DNA of 17,377 nucleotides, from the NCBI GenBank assembly GCA_039190745.1, contig JBCCXZ010000070.1, positions 1 to 17,377 of the forward strand, written 5' to 3'. A program made the position numbers and the translations under genes. A model generated the notes under the pieces. It did no database searches. It was not told where the DNA came from and worked only from the letters and a program-made list of their open reading frames with translations. The stretch comes from Planctomycetota bacterium. GTDB taxonomy: Bacteria; Planctomycetota; Planctomycetia; Pirellulales; Lacipirellulaceae. This document shows positions 8,054 through 15,411 of this stretch, in pieces; positions within the stretch are counted from its first letter, which is position 1, and each line of letters begins with the position of its first letter.

Positions 8054-9301
8054 GTGCCAGACTTCGCGCAGAGCGGCCCGGTCACCACGATCCACGACCT
8101 GGGCACCATCGATCGCGATGAGCTCGAATCTAAGCTCAACGACGCCGCGGCCGGCTACCCCATCGGCCTGGTCCTGCCCGTGACTGCTTCCGACATGCGT
8201 TCCGAGCCCTTCGCACAAATCTTGGACCAGCTCGCCAGCGCGACGTTCCTGAGGTCGATTGTGGTGGTGCTCAACCGAGCCCCCGACGTGGCCGACTACA
8301 TCCAGACGGTCGAGATGCTCGGCCGGCTCGGCGACCACGCCCAGGTGCTGTGGACCGACGGCCCCCGCGTCGACGCGCTGCTGCAGGAGCTGATCGCCGA
8401 GGACTTTGCGGTCTCGACGCCCGGCAAGGGCCGGGCCGTATGGATGGCCTTCGGCTACCTTCTGGCCGACCCCAAGATCGAGGCCTATGTCCTGCACGAC
8501 TGCGACATCGTCGACTACGACCGCGAAATCCTCATGCGGCTTTGCCTGCCGATGGCGCACGCGAGCCTGGACTTCGACTTCTGCAAGGCCTATTACGCAC
8601 GCTGCACCGATCGCATGCACGGCCGGGTGGTGCGGCTCCTTGTCACCCCGTTGCTGCAGGCGTTGATCTCGGTGATGGGGCACGACCCGTACCTCGAGTT
8701 CCTGAGCAGTTTCCGCTACCCGCTCGCGGGGGAGTTCGCGGTCACCGCGAGGCTCGCCCGCTCCAACCGAATCCCCAGTGACTGGGGCCTCGAAGTCGGG
8801 ACGCTCGCGGAGGTCTACCGAAACGCCTCTCAGAAGCGTGTCTGCCAGGTCGACCTCGGCCGGCTCTACGAGCACAAGCACCAGCCGCTCTCGCTCGAAG
8901 ACCCCAAGAAGGGCCTGATGAAAATGGTCGGCGACATCCTCGCGAGCGTCGTCCGCACGCTGGCGAGCCAGGGGGTGGTGTTCACCCGGGGGCACTTCAT
9001 CAGCATCCGCGCCGCGTACATGCGGGCCGCACAGGACGCCATCCGCCAGTACCACGCCGATGCGTTGATGAACAACCTCCAGTTCGATCGGCACTCGGAG
9101 GAACAGGCCATCGAGGGTTTTGCCGAGTTGATCACCAACACCGGCGAGACGGTGTACGACGACCCGTCGGGCTTCGCGGCGATGCCGACCTGGACGCGGG
9201 TGATCGCGGCGATCCCCGACTTCCCCCGCCGGCTCCGCGAAGCCGCCGCCGCCGACCGGCATGAGCACGACGCGGCCGCCACGGGGGCCGCAGGCGGCTA
9301 G
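8054..9301 (+). CDS. gpgS: Glucosyl-3-phosphoglycerate synthase, 415 aa
   Basis: GTG start. [17 protein letters not shown]-terminus, GKGRAVW, DxD motif [34 protein letters not shown] and YEHKHQ are typical of ~400-aa GpgS proteins. Confidence 0.88.
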   Translation: MPDFAQSGPVTTIHDLGTIDRDELESKLNDAAAGYPIGLVLPVTASDMRSEPFAQILDQLASATFLRSIVVVLNRAPDVADYIQTVEMLGRLGDHAQVLWTDGPRVDALLQELIAEDFAVSTPGKGRAVWMAFGYLLADPKIEAYVLHDCDIVDYDREILMRLCLPMAHASLDFDFCKAYYARCTDRMHGRVVRLLVTPLLQALISVMGHDPYLEFLSSFRYPLAGEFAVTARLARSNRIPSDWGLEVGTLAEVYRNASQKRVCQVDLGRLYEHKHQPLSLEDPKKGLMKMVGDILASVVRTLASQGVVFTRGHFISIRAAYMRAAQDAIRQYHADALMNNLQFDRHSEEQAIEGFAELITNTGETVYDDPSGFAAMPTWTRVIAAIPDFPRRLREAAAADRHEHDAAATGAAGG

Positions 9302-9302
9302 G

Positions 9303-10643
9303 GTGACCGTGCAGAAGCAACGCAAGCGGATTGCCGTTATCGGCTCGGGCGTCAGCGGATTGGTTGCTGCGCGGTTGCTCTCGATCGACCACGAGGTGAC
9401 GCTGTTCGAGAGCGCTGACCGCCTCGGGGGGCACACGCACACGGTGGATATCGAGCTCGAAGGCCGCCACGTGGCCGTCGACACGGGGTTCATGGTGCTC
9501 AACGACCGCACCTACCCCAACCTGACGCGGATGCTTGAGCTGCTGGGCTTGTCGACGCAGGACTCCGACATGAGCTTCAGCGTCGAGTGCACCGAGACGG
9601 GACTCGAGTACCAAGGCAGCTCGCTCAACGGCCTGTTCGCCGACCGTGCGAACCTGCTACGCCCGTCGTTCTACCGGTTGCTCCGCGACATCCTGCGGTT
9701 CAACCGCGACGTGCCGCGGCTGGCCGAGCTGGAGACCGACGACCTGCTGCTGGGCGAGTACCTCGACCGCTCCGACTTGGGCGAGTCGTTCGTCTACCGC
9801 TACCTGCTGCCTATGCTCGGCTCGATCTGGTCGGCGCCGCTCGAGCGCGTGCGTGAATTCCCGGTGCTCTTCTTGGGCCGCTTCATGCGGAACCACGGGC
9901 TCGCGCAGCTCAAGGGACGGCCGCAGTGGAAGACGATCCCCAGCGGTGCCCGGCGGTACATCGACCGGCTGGTCGAGCCTCTCGGCGAGGGCGTCCGATT
10001 GAGCACGCCCATCGAGCAGGTCCGCCGCACAAACGACGGCGTTTGGGTGAAGCCCGCCGCGCACGAAGCTGAGCGGTTCGACCACGCGGTGCTGGCTGTG
10101 CACGGGCCTGACGCCCTGCGGATGCTCGAACAGCCCACCGAGCGGGAGCAGTCATACCTCTCGGCTGTCAGCTACCAGCAGAACGAAGCCGTCCTGCACA
10201 CCGACCTCCGGCACATGCCCAGCCGCTCCCCGGCGTGGGCGAGCTGGAACTGCCGCGTGACCGACGACCCGCGTCAGCCGGTTTCCGTCACCTACGACGT
10301 CAACCGCCTCCAACGCCACGGCTTGGCGGCGCCGTTGTGCGTCACGCTCAACCCCGCCGGACCGATCGACCCGGCAAAGGTGCTCCGCGAGCTACAGTTC
10401 GCGCACCCGGTGTACAGCCGCGGCGTGCTGGCGGCACATGAGGGCATCCGCAAGCTGAATCAATCAGGCTCGGTGTCTTTCTGCGGGGCCTGGTGCGGCT
10501 ACGGTTTCCACGAAGACGGCGTGAAAAGTGCGCTGGCCGTCTGCAACCGATTCGGCCGCGGCATCGAAGATCTTAAGGGAACCGAGGCAGCGCAGGCTCC
10601 GGCGACGGGGTCGCACCGAGGAGAGGCGATTGGGGCGTCCTGA
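9303..10643 (+). CDS. FAD-dependent oxidoreductase (COG2907 / amine-oxidase family), UfaD-like fatty-acid desaturase
   Basis: GTG at 9303 (or 9309). Rossmann motif [40 protein letters not shown] and [12 protein letters not shown]. Followed by DUF1365 and cfa-like genes. Confidence 0.88.
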   Translation: MTVQKQRKRIAVIGSGVSGLVAARLLSIDHEVTLFESADRLGGHTHTVDIELEGRHVAVDTGFMVLNDRTYPNLTRMLELLGLSTQDSDMSFSVECTETGLEYQGSSLNGLFADRANLLRPSFYRLLRDILRFNRDVPRLAELETDDLLLGEYLDRSDLGESFVYRYLLPMLGSIWSAPLERVREFPVLFLGRFMRNHGLAQLKGRPQWKTIPSGARRYIDRLVEPLGEGVRLSTPIEQVRRTNDGVWVKPAAHEAERFDHAVLAVHGPDALRMLEQPTEREQSYLSAVSYQQNEAVLHTDLRHMPSRSPAWASWNCRVTDDPRQPVSVTYDVNRLQRHGLAAPLCVTLNPAGPIDPAKVLRELQFAHPVYSRGVLAAHEGIRKLNQSGSVSFCGAWCGYGFHEDGVKSALAVCNRFGRGIEDLKGTEAAQAPATGSHRGEAIGAS

Positions 10644-11421
10644 GAACGAATACGACCCGGCAGCGCGGCAGAGCTGCCTGTACGAAGGGCTGGTCCGCCA
10701 CGCCCGGAAGACGCCGTTCGCACACGCCTTCCGCTACCGGGTGGTGATGGCGTACCTCGACCTGGACGAGGCCGAAGGGGATTGCCTGCCCGAGCTGACG
10801 GGCCGCCGGCTCCGCGCCGCCCGGTTCGATCCCTCCGACCACGATCCCGTCTATAAGCCGGGGAGGCCGCTCTCCGAGTCGGTCCGCCGATTGGCCGAAG
10901 AGCAAACCGGCCGCCGCCCGGAAGGCCCCGTCCGGCTGCTGACCCAACTGCGTTGGTGGGGCCGTTACTTCAGCCCGATCAACCTGTACTACTTGTTTGG
11001 CCCATCCGGCGAGACGGCCGAGTGCCTGGTGGCCGAGGTCAGCAATACGCCTTGGAACGAGCGGCACTACTACGCCCAACCGCTCGACGCCACGGCTCAG
11101 CGCCGCTGGCAGCGTTTCTCGCTCCAAAAGGCTTTCCACGTCTCACCGTTTATGGACATGGAGAGCCGCTACGACTGGACGGTTAACAACCCCGGCGAAA
11201 AACTGTTCACCCGCATCGATTGCACTACTCCGGGCGGGCGGCTTTTCACGGCCTCGATGGCGCTGGAGCGGAGGCCACTCACAACAAGCACGCTGGCCTC
11301 AGCCGCGGTGCGTTACCCGGCGACCACCGCCCGCATCCTGGCGGCCATCTACTGGCAGGCCCTCCGGCTCTGGGCGAAGAAAGCCCCCTACCACCCCCAC
11401 CCCCAAACCGCGACACCTTGA
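10630..11421 (+). CDS. DUF1365 family protein (UfaO-like), ~263 aa
   Basis: TTG 10630 after a [57 protein letters not shown] and IYWQALRLW are DUF1365 hallmarks. Confidence 0.88.
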   Translation: MGRPENEYDPAARQSCLYEGLVRHARKTPFAHAFRYRVVMAYLDLDEAEGDCLPELTGRRLRAARFDPSDHDPVYKPGRPLSESVRRLAEEQTGRRPEGPVRLLTQLRWWGRYFSPINLYYLFGPSGETAECLVAEVSNTPWNERHYYAQPLDATAQRRWQRFSLQKAFHVSPFMDMESRYDWTVNNPGEKLFTRIDCTTPGGRLFTASMALERRPLTTSTLASAAVRYPATTARILAAIYWQALRLWAKKAPYHPHPQTATP

Positions 11422-12662
11422 GTGAAATCGTAGCCAACGCAAACCCGCAATCGGGTTTGGCAAGAACAACAACCGGCCCGCTCGACCGGGCCGCACGCGC
11501 CGGCGTGCACCGCGCCCTGCGGTCGCTCGAGCACGGCATGCTGCGGGTAAGCGATCCGCTCGGCAAGGTTGAGTTTGGTCGGCCAGCCGCAGACGGGCTG
11601 TGCGGAGCCGTCGAGGTAGAGGACCCTCGCTTTTACCGCAGCGTCGCTCTCGGCGGGGCACTCGGCGCCGGCGACGCCTTCGTCGAAGGCCGCTGGTCGA
11701 GCCCCGACCTCGTCTCGGTCACTAGGCTGTTCGCGCGGAACCTGCCCGCCGCCCGGGCGTTCGACTCGCCACTGTCCAAGGCGTCGCGTGTCCTACAGAC
11801 CGTCTTGCATCGGCTCCGCAAGAACACGCCGTCCGGGAGCCGCAAGAATATCCAGCAGCACTACGACCTCAGCAACGAGTTCTTCGCCGAGTTCCTTGAC
11901 CCGACAATGACCTACTCCTGCGGGCTGTTCGACGACGAATCCGAAACCATGCAGCAAGCGACTGAACGCAAGTTCGAACGGATCTGCAGGCTGGCCGAGA
12001 TCGACTCCAGCGACCACGTCGTCGAGGTCGGCTGCGGATGGGGCAGCTTCGCCCGGCACGCCGCCGTGACCCGCGGTTGCCGCGTGACGGGTATCACGAT
12101 CTCCCAAGAACAGCTCCGCTACGGTCAGCCCAAAGTGCAGCGTGCCGGGCTGGCCGACCAAGTCGATCTGCAGTTCCGCGACTACCGAGACATGACCGGC
12201 GTGTTCGACAAACTGGTAAGCATCGAGATGGTCGAGGCGGTCGGGCGGCAGTACCTCGGCACGTTCTTCGCGAAGTGCTCCGAGCTGCTGAAGTCCAAAG
12301 GCCGCATGGCTCTGCAGTGCATCACCATTCCCGACGCCCGCTACGAGAGCTACAGCCGAGGCGTGGACTTTATCCAGAAGTACATCTTCCCCGGCGGGTG
12401 CCTGCCCTCGCTGGGGGCGATCGATGAGGCCGTATCCCGCGATGGGCAACTGGAGATCGTCGAGCAACGCGACTTTGCCGAAGACTACGCCCGCACGCTG
12501 ATGTGCTGGCGGGAGCGCTTCCTGGCGGCCAAGGACCGCATCCGCGGCATGGGCTTCTCAGAAGAGTTCCTCCGGGCCTGGGACTACTACCTCTGCTATT
12601 GCGCGGGCGGCTTCTACGAGCGGCAGATCGGCTTGTCGCAGATCCTGCTGGCCAAGCGATAG
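11418..12662 (+). CDS. Cyclopropane-fatty-acyl-phospholipid synthase family SAM methyltransferase (UfaM/UfaA1-like), ~414 aa
   Basis: TTG start overlapping the upstream TGA. NIQQHYDLSNEFF, MTYSC, EVGCGWG, VSIEMVEAVG, FIQKYIFPGG and WDYYLCYC. Confidence 0.92.
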   Translation: MSEIVANANPQSGLARTTTGPLDRAARAGVHRALRSLEHGMLRVSDPLGKVEFGRPAADGLCGAVEVEDPRFYRSVALGGALGAGDAFVEGRWSSPDLVSVTRLFARNLPAARAFDSPLSKASRVLQTVLHRLRKNTPSGSRKNIQQHYDLSNEFFAEFLDPTMTYSCGLFDDESETMQQATERKFERICRLAEIDSSDHVVEVGCGWGSFARHAAVTRGCRVTGITISQEQLRYGQPKVQRAGLADQVDLQFRDYRDMTGVFDKLVSIEMVEAVGRQYLGTFFAKCSELLKSKGRMALQCITIPDARYESYSRGVDFIQKYIFPGGCLPSLGAIDEAVSRDGQLEIVEQRDFAEDYARTLMCWRERFLAAKDRIRGMGFSEEFLRAWDYYLCYCAGGFYERQIGLSQILLAKR

Positions 12663-12679
12663 AGCCGATTCGGGAGAAT

Positions 12680-12752
12680 TGTGGGAGGCCTCTCCGAGGC
12701 CGATTACGGTCACCAACACATAACGGAATCGGGCTCGGAGAGCCCTCCTACA
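12680..12752. repeat. REP doublet (REPIN/BIME-like), copy 1, 73 bp
   Basis: TGTGGGAGGCCTCTCCGAGGCCGATT...AATCGGGCTCGGAGAGCCCTCCTACA: two inverted GTRG-headed palindromic units in an intergenic position. Near-identical to 14674-14746. Confidence 0.88.
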
Positions 12753-12773
12753 GAAGAAGGGCCCCGGCACGAT

Positions 12774-13580
12774 ATGCTCAACACCCTGTTGCCGCTGGCG
12801 ATCGCCCTCGCCGCCGTCTGCACAGCGATGTACCTCCTGTGGCGAGTGCAGAAACGCACCGGCAACGCCGGCATCGTCGACGTGGCCTGGACGTTCTCGG
12901 TCGGCGCCCTCGCGGTGCTCTTCGCCGCTTGGCCGACCGACGCCGCGCCGGCCTGGCTGCGCGTGCTGGTCGGCGTGCAGTATTCCGTTTGGTCGCTCCG
13001 CTTGGGGACCTACCTCTACCGCCGCGTCGTCGGGCACGCAGAAGAGGGCCGCTACGCCACGCTCCGCGAGAAGTGGGGCGACGACGCCGACCGGAAGATG
13101 CTGCGGTTCTATCAGTTTCAGGCCGTCGGCGCGTGGGTGTTTGCTCTGCCCGCACTGGTGGTGAGCCGCTCGCCCGAGCCCCCTGCTGCGGCGTGGGTAG
13201 CAGCGTCGCTGTTGCTGTGGCTGCTGGGGATCGTTGGCGTCGCGCTGTCCGACCGTCAGCTCGAGCAATTCAAAGCCGATCCCAACACCTCCGGCAAGAC
13301 CTGCCGCCGCGGACTCTGGCGCTACTCCCGCCACCCGAACTACTTCTTCGAGTGGCTGCACTGGACCTCGTACGTGGCGCTCTCGGCGGCCTCGGGCTAC
13401 TGGTGGGTCTCGGCCCTAGTCGCATTCGGGCTCTTGTACCTCGTGCTGTTTGTGACCGGTATCCCGCCCACCGAAGCCCAAGCCGTTGCCCGCCGTGGCG
13501 ACGACTACCGCCATTATCAGAAGACCACCAGCGCCTTCGTCCCCTGGCCGCCCAAGGCGTCGACGGAGTCGCCCGCCTGA
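12774..13580 (+). CDS. DUF1295 membrane protein (steroid 5-alpha-reductase-like), 268 aa
   Basis: ATG 12774. NAGIVDVAW, WSLRLG, EEGRY, SDRQL, GLWRYSRHPNYFFEWLHW, GIPPTE and YQKTTSAFVPW, with several hydrophobic helices. The ORF-track start at 12681 lies within the REP. Confidence 0.9.
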   Translation: MLNTLLPLAIALAAVCTAMYLLWRVQKRTGNAGIVDVAWTFSVGALAVLFAAWPTDAAPAWLRVLVGVQYSVWSLRLGTYLYRRVVGHAEEGRYATLREKWGDDADRKMLRFYQFQAVGAWVFALPALVVSRSPEPPAAAWVAASLLLWLLGIVGVALSDRQLEQFKADPNTSGKTCRRGLWRYSRHPNYFFEWLHWTSYVALSAASGYWWVSALVAFGLLYLVLFVTGIPPTEAQAVARRGDDYRHYQKTTSAFVPWPPKASTESPA

Positions 13581-13581
13581 C

Positions 13582-14595
13582 ATGCTTATCGAACTGGCCG
13601 AACGCGCGATCGTCCCCGACGCCGCCCTGCGGGCGGGCATCCGCCGCCTGCTCCGCTCCCGACTGCGAGAACTGGAGTCCCTCGGCAGGAACCCCGAGGA
13701 GGACGCCGCCGCGTTTGCCGAGCAGTTCGCATCGGGGCCGATCGCGGTCGCTGCCGACGAAGCCAACCAGCAGCACTACGAGGTGCCCGCCGAGCTGTTC
13801 GTCGCGATGCTCGGTAGCAGGCTGAAGTACAGCTCTTGCGTCTGGCCGGAGGGCGTCGCCTCGCTCGACCAGGCCGAAGAGGCAATGCTCAGGCTCACCT
13901 GCGAACGGGCCGGAATCGCAGACGGGCAGCGGGTGCTCGACCTCGGCTGCGGCTGGGGTTCGCTCTCGCTCTGGATCGCCGAGCAATACCCAGGCTGCGA
14001 GGTAACGGCCGTCTCCAACTCCCGCACTCAGAAAGCGTTCATCGACGGCCGAGCCGCCGAGCGGGGTTTCGAGAACCTGAACGTTCAGACCACGAACGTC
14101 GCAGAGCTCAAGCTCGACGGCCCGTTCGACCGCGTCTGCTCGGTCGAGATGTTCGAGCACATGAAGAACTGGGCGGCGCTGCTCGAAAACGTGGACAGGT
14201 GGCTGGCGCCGGACGGGCGGTTCTTCGCGCACGTCTTCTGCCACGCCCGCCGCTTCTACCCGTTCCAGGCCCGCGGCAAGTCGGACTGGATGGCCCGCCA
14301 CTTCTTCACCGGCGGCGTGATGCCCCCGGCCGATGTCTTCCAGCGCCTGGCAGGCCCGCTCGCGCCCGTCGAGCAGTGGGAAGTCTGCGGGACCGACTAC
14401 GCACGCACCTGCCGGGCGTGGCTCGACAAACTCGCCCGCAACCGCTCCGCTGCGCTCGCTGCGCTCCACGGTGCGCCCAACGCCCGGGTCGCCCTACAAC
14501 GGTGGCGGATGTTCCTCATGGCGTGCGAAGAGCTCTTCGCCTACCGCGGCGGCAGTGAATGGTTCGTCCGTCACGCCCTACTGGGTCGCGCCTGA
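13582..14595 (+). CDS. Second CFA-family / coclaurine-N-methyltransferase-like SAM methyltransferase, 337 aa
   Basis: ATG 1 nt after the DUF1295 stop. ANQQHYEVP, LKYSSC, LDLGCGWGSL, VSNSRTQ, SVEMFEHMKN, WMARHFFTGG and FLMACEELF. Confidence 0.9.
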   Translation: MLIELAERAIVPDAALRAGIRRLLRSRLRELESLGRNPEEDAAAFAEQFASGPIAVAADEANQQHYEVPAELFVAMLGSRLKYSSCVWPEGVASLDQAEEAMLRLTCERAGIADGQRVLDLGCGWGSLSLWIAEQYPGCEVTAVSNSRTQKAFIDGRAAERGFENLNVQTTNVAELKLDGPFDRVCSVEMFEHMKNWAALLENVDRWLAPDGRFFAHVFCHARRFYPFQARGKSDWMARHFFTGGVMPPADVFQRLAGPLAPVEQWEVCGTDYARTCRAWLDKLARNRSAALAALHGAPNARVALQRWRMFLMACEELFAYRGGSEWFVRHALLGRA

Positions 14596-14673
14596 GCTTG
14601 CCAATACTCAAAGGTGCCCGAGGATAGCGGCGGCTTCCGGCACTCTGTTAGCATGCCCGCTAACGGTAGTTCC

Positions 14674-14746
14674 TGTAGGAGGCCTCTCCGAGGCCGATTA
14701 CGGTCACCGCAACAGAGCGTAATCGGGCTCAGAGAGCCCTCCCACA
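14674..14746. repeat. REP doublet (REPIN/BIME-like), copy 2, 73 bp
   Basis: TGTAGGAGGCCTCTCCGAGGCCGATT...AATCGGGCTCAGAGAGCCCTCCCACA. 14678-14708 is identical to 12684-12714 (31 bp). Same orientation as copy 1. Confidence 0.88.
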
Positions 14747-14793
14747 AAGCAGGTTTCTTGGTTTTCAAGCGGGTTTCTGAAGGAGGACCGATT

Positions 14794-15213
14794 GTGGCCG
14801 CTACATTGCTGATTCTTGCGTCACTCGCTTCATTCCAGGCCGCCGAACCCGAGACGCCGGCCGTCGACGAAGCCGAGGCCGTCGCTGAGGAGATCATCCG
14901 CATCCGCGAAGCCTTGGGCGGGTCGATCGTCGAGGAGCCGCCAGCCGAAGGCGTTCAAGAGGAGAGCCCGCGTATCAAGCGTCGCCGCGGCCCGCGCCCG
15001 CCAAGGCGTCAGCATCCCGTCTTCCTTCTGCGTGAAACCGCGCTGCGGCTCGACGTGGCCGCCCATCGTCTAGAAACCGCTGAGCTGTACCAAGAGGCCG
15101 ACCGGCTCCGCGCCACGGCTCACAGCCTCCGCCTCTCCGCCCGCGACTTGTCTGCCGGGCGAGGAGCCGCCCAAGAAGGGGCCGCCAAGACCCCGCACAA
15201 ACCGCAGGACTGA
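14794..15213 (+). CDS. Hypothetical secreted protein, 139 aa
   Basis: AGGAGG SD at 14781-14786 and GTG 14794. Signal-peptide-like MAATLLILASLASFQA, an acidic/Pro-rich region, and a helical C-terminal segment LRETALRLDVAAHRLETAELYQEADRLRATAHSLR. Confidence 0.7.
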   Translation: MAATLLILASLASFQAAEPETPAVDEAEAVAEEIIRIREALGGSIVEEPPAEGVQEESPRIKRRRGPRPPRRQHPVFLLRETALRLDVAAHRLETAELYQEADRLRATAHSLRLSARDLSAGRGAAQEGAAKTPHKPQD

Positions 15214-15273
15214 CATCTCCGGGCCATCGCCCGCGTTTGCGCATACCGACGGTTCGTGCGCGGGCTGCGCAGA

Positions 15274-15302
15274 TTGACACCCTATCCGACGGTCATTAGC
15301 CT
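15274..15302 (+). promoter_or_regulatory. Sigma70-type promoter for pilB: -35 TTGACA (15274-15279), 17 nt, -10 TAGCCT (15297-15302)
   Basis: Perfect -35, canonical spacer and a TAnnnT -10 in the intergenic region. Implies a leader of about 100 nt. Confidence 0.65.
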
Positions 15303-15411
15303 GGAAAAACAAAGGAGGAACCGCCCGGAACTCCTAATCCCTTCCATCAAGAGCACTTCCGTCGTGTCTCCGCCGCTCTCCGGGGCACCGCGGCGAGACC
15401 GAGGTTCCTGC

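Noticed and set aside
12680..14746. CRISPR array or composite transposon interpretation of the repeats
   Set aside because: Only two copies 2 kb apart, no repeat-spacer periodicity, and no cas or transposase gene. The structure fits REP doublets.
14614..14793. N-terminal extension of the 199-aa ORF and the short GGLSEADYGH peptide similarity between ORFs
   Set aside because: Both arise from translating the REP elements. The true start is GTG 14794 after AGGAGG.
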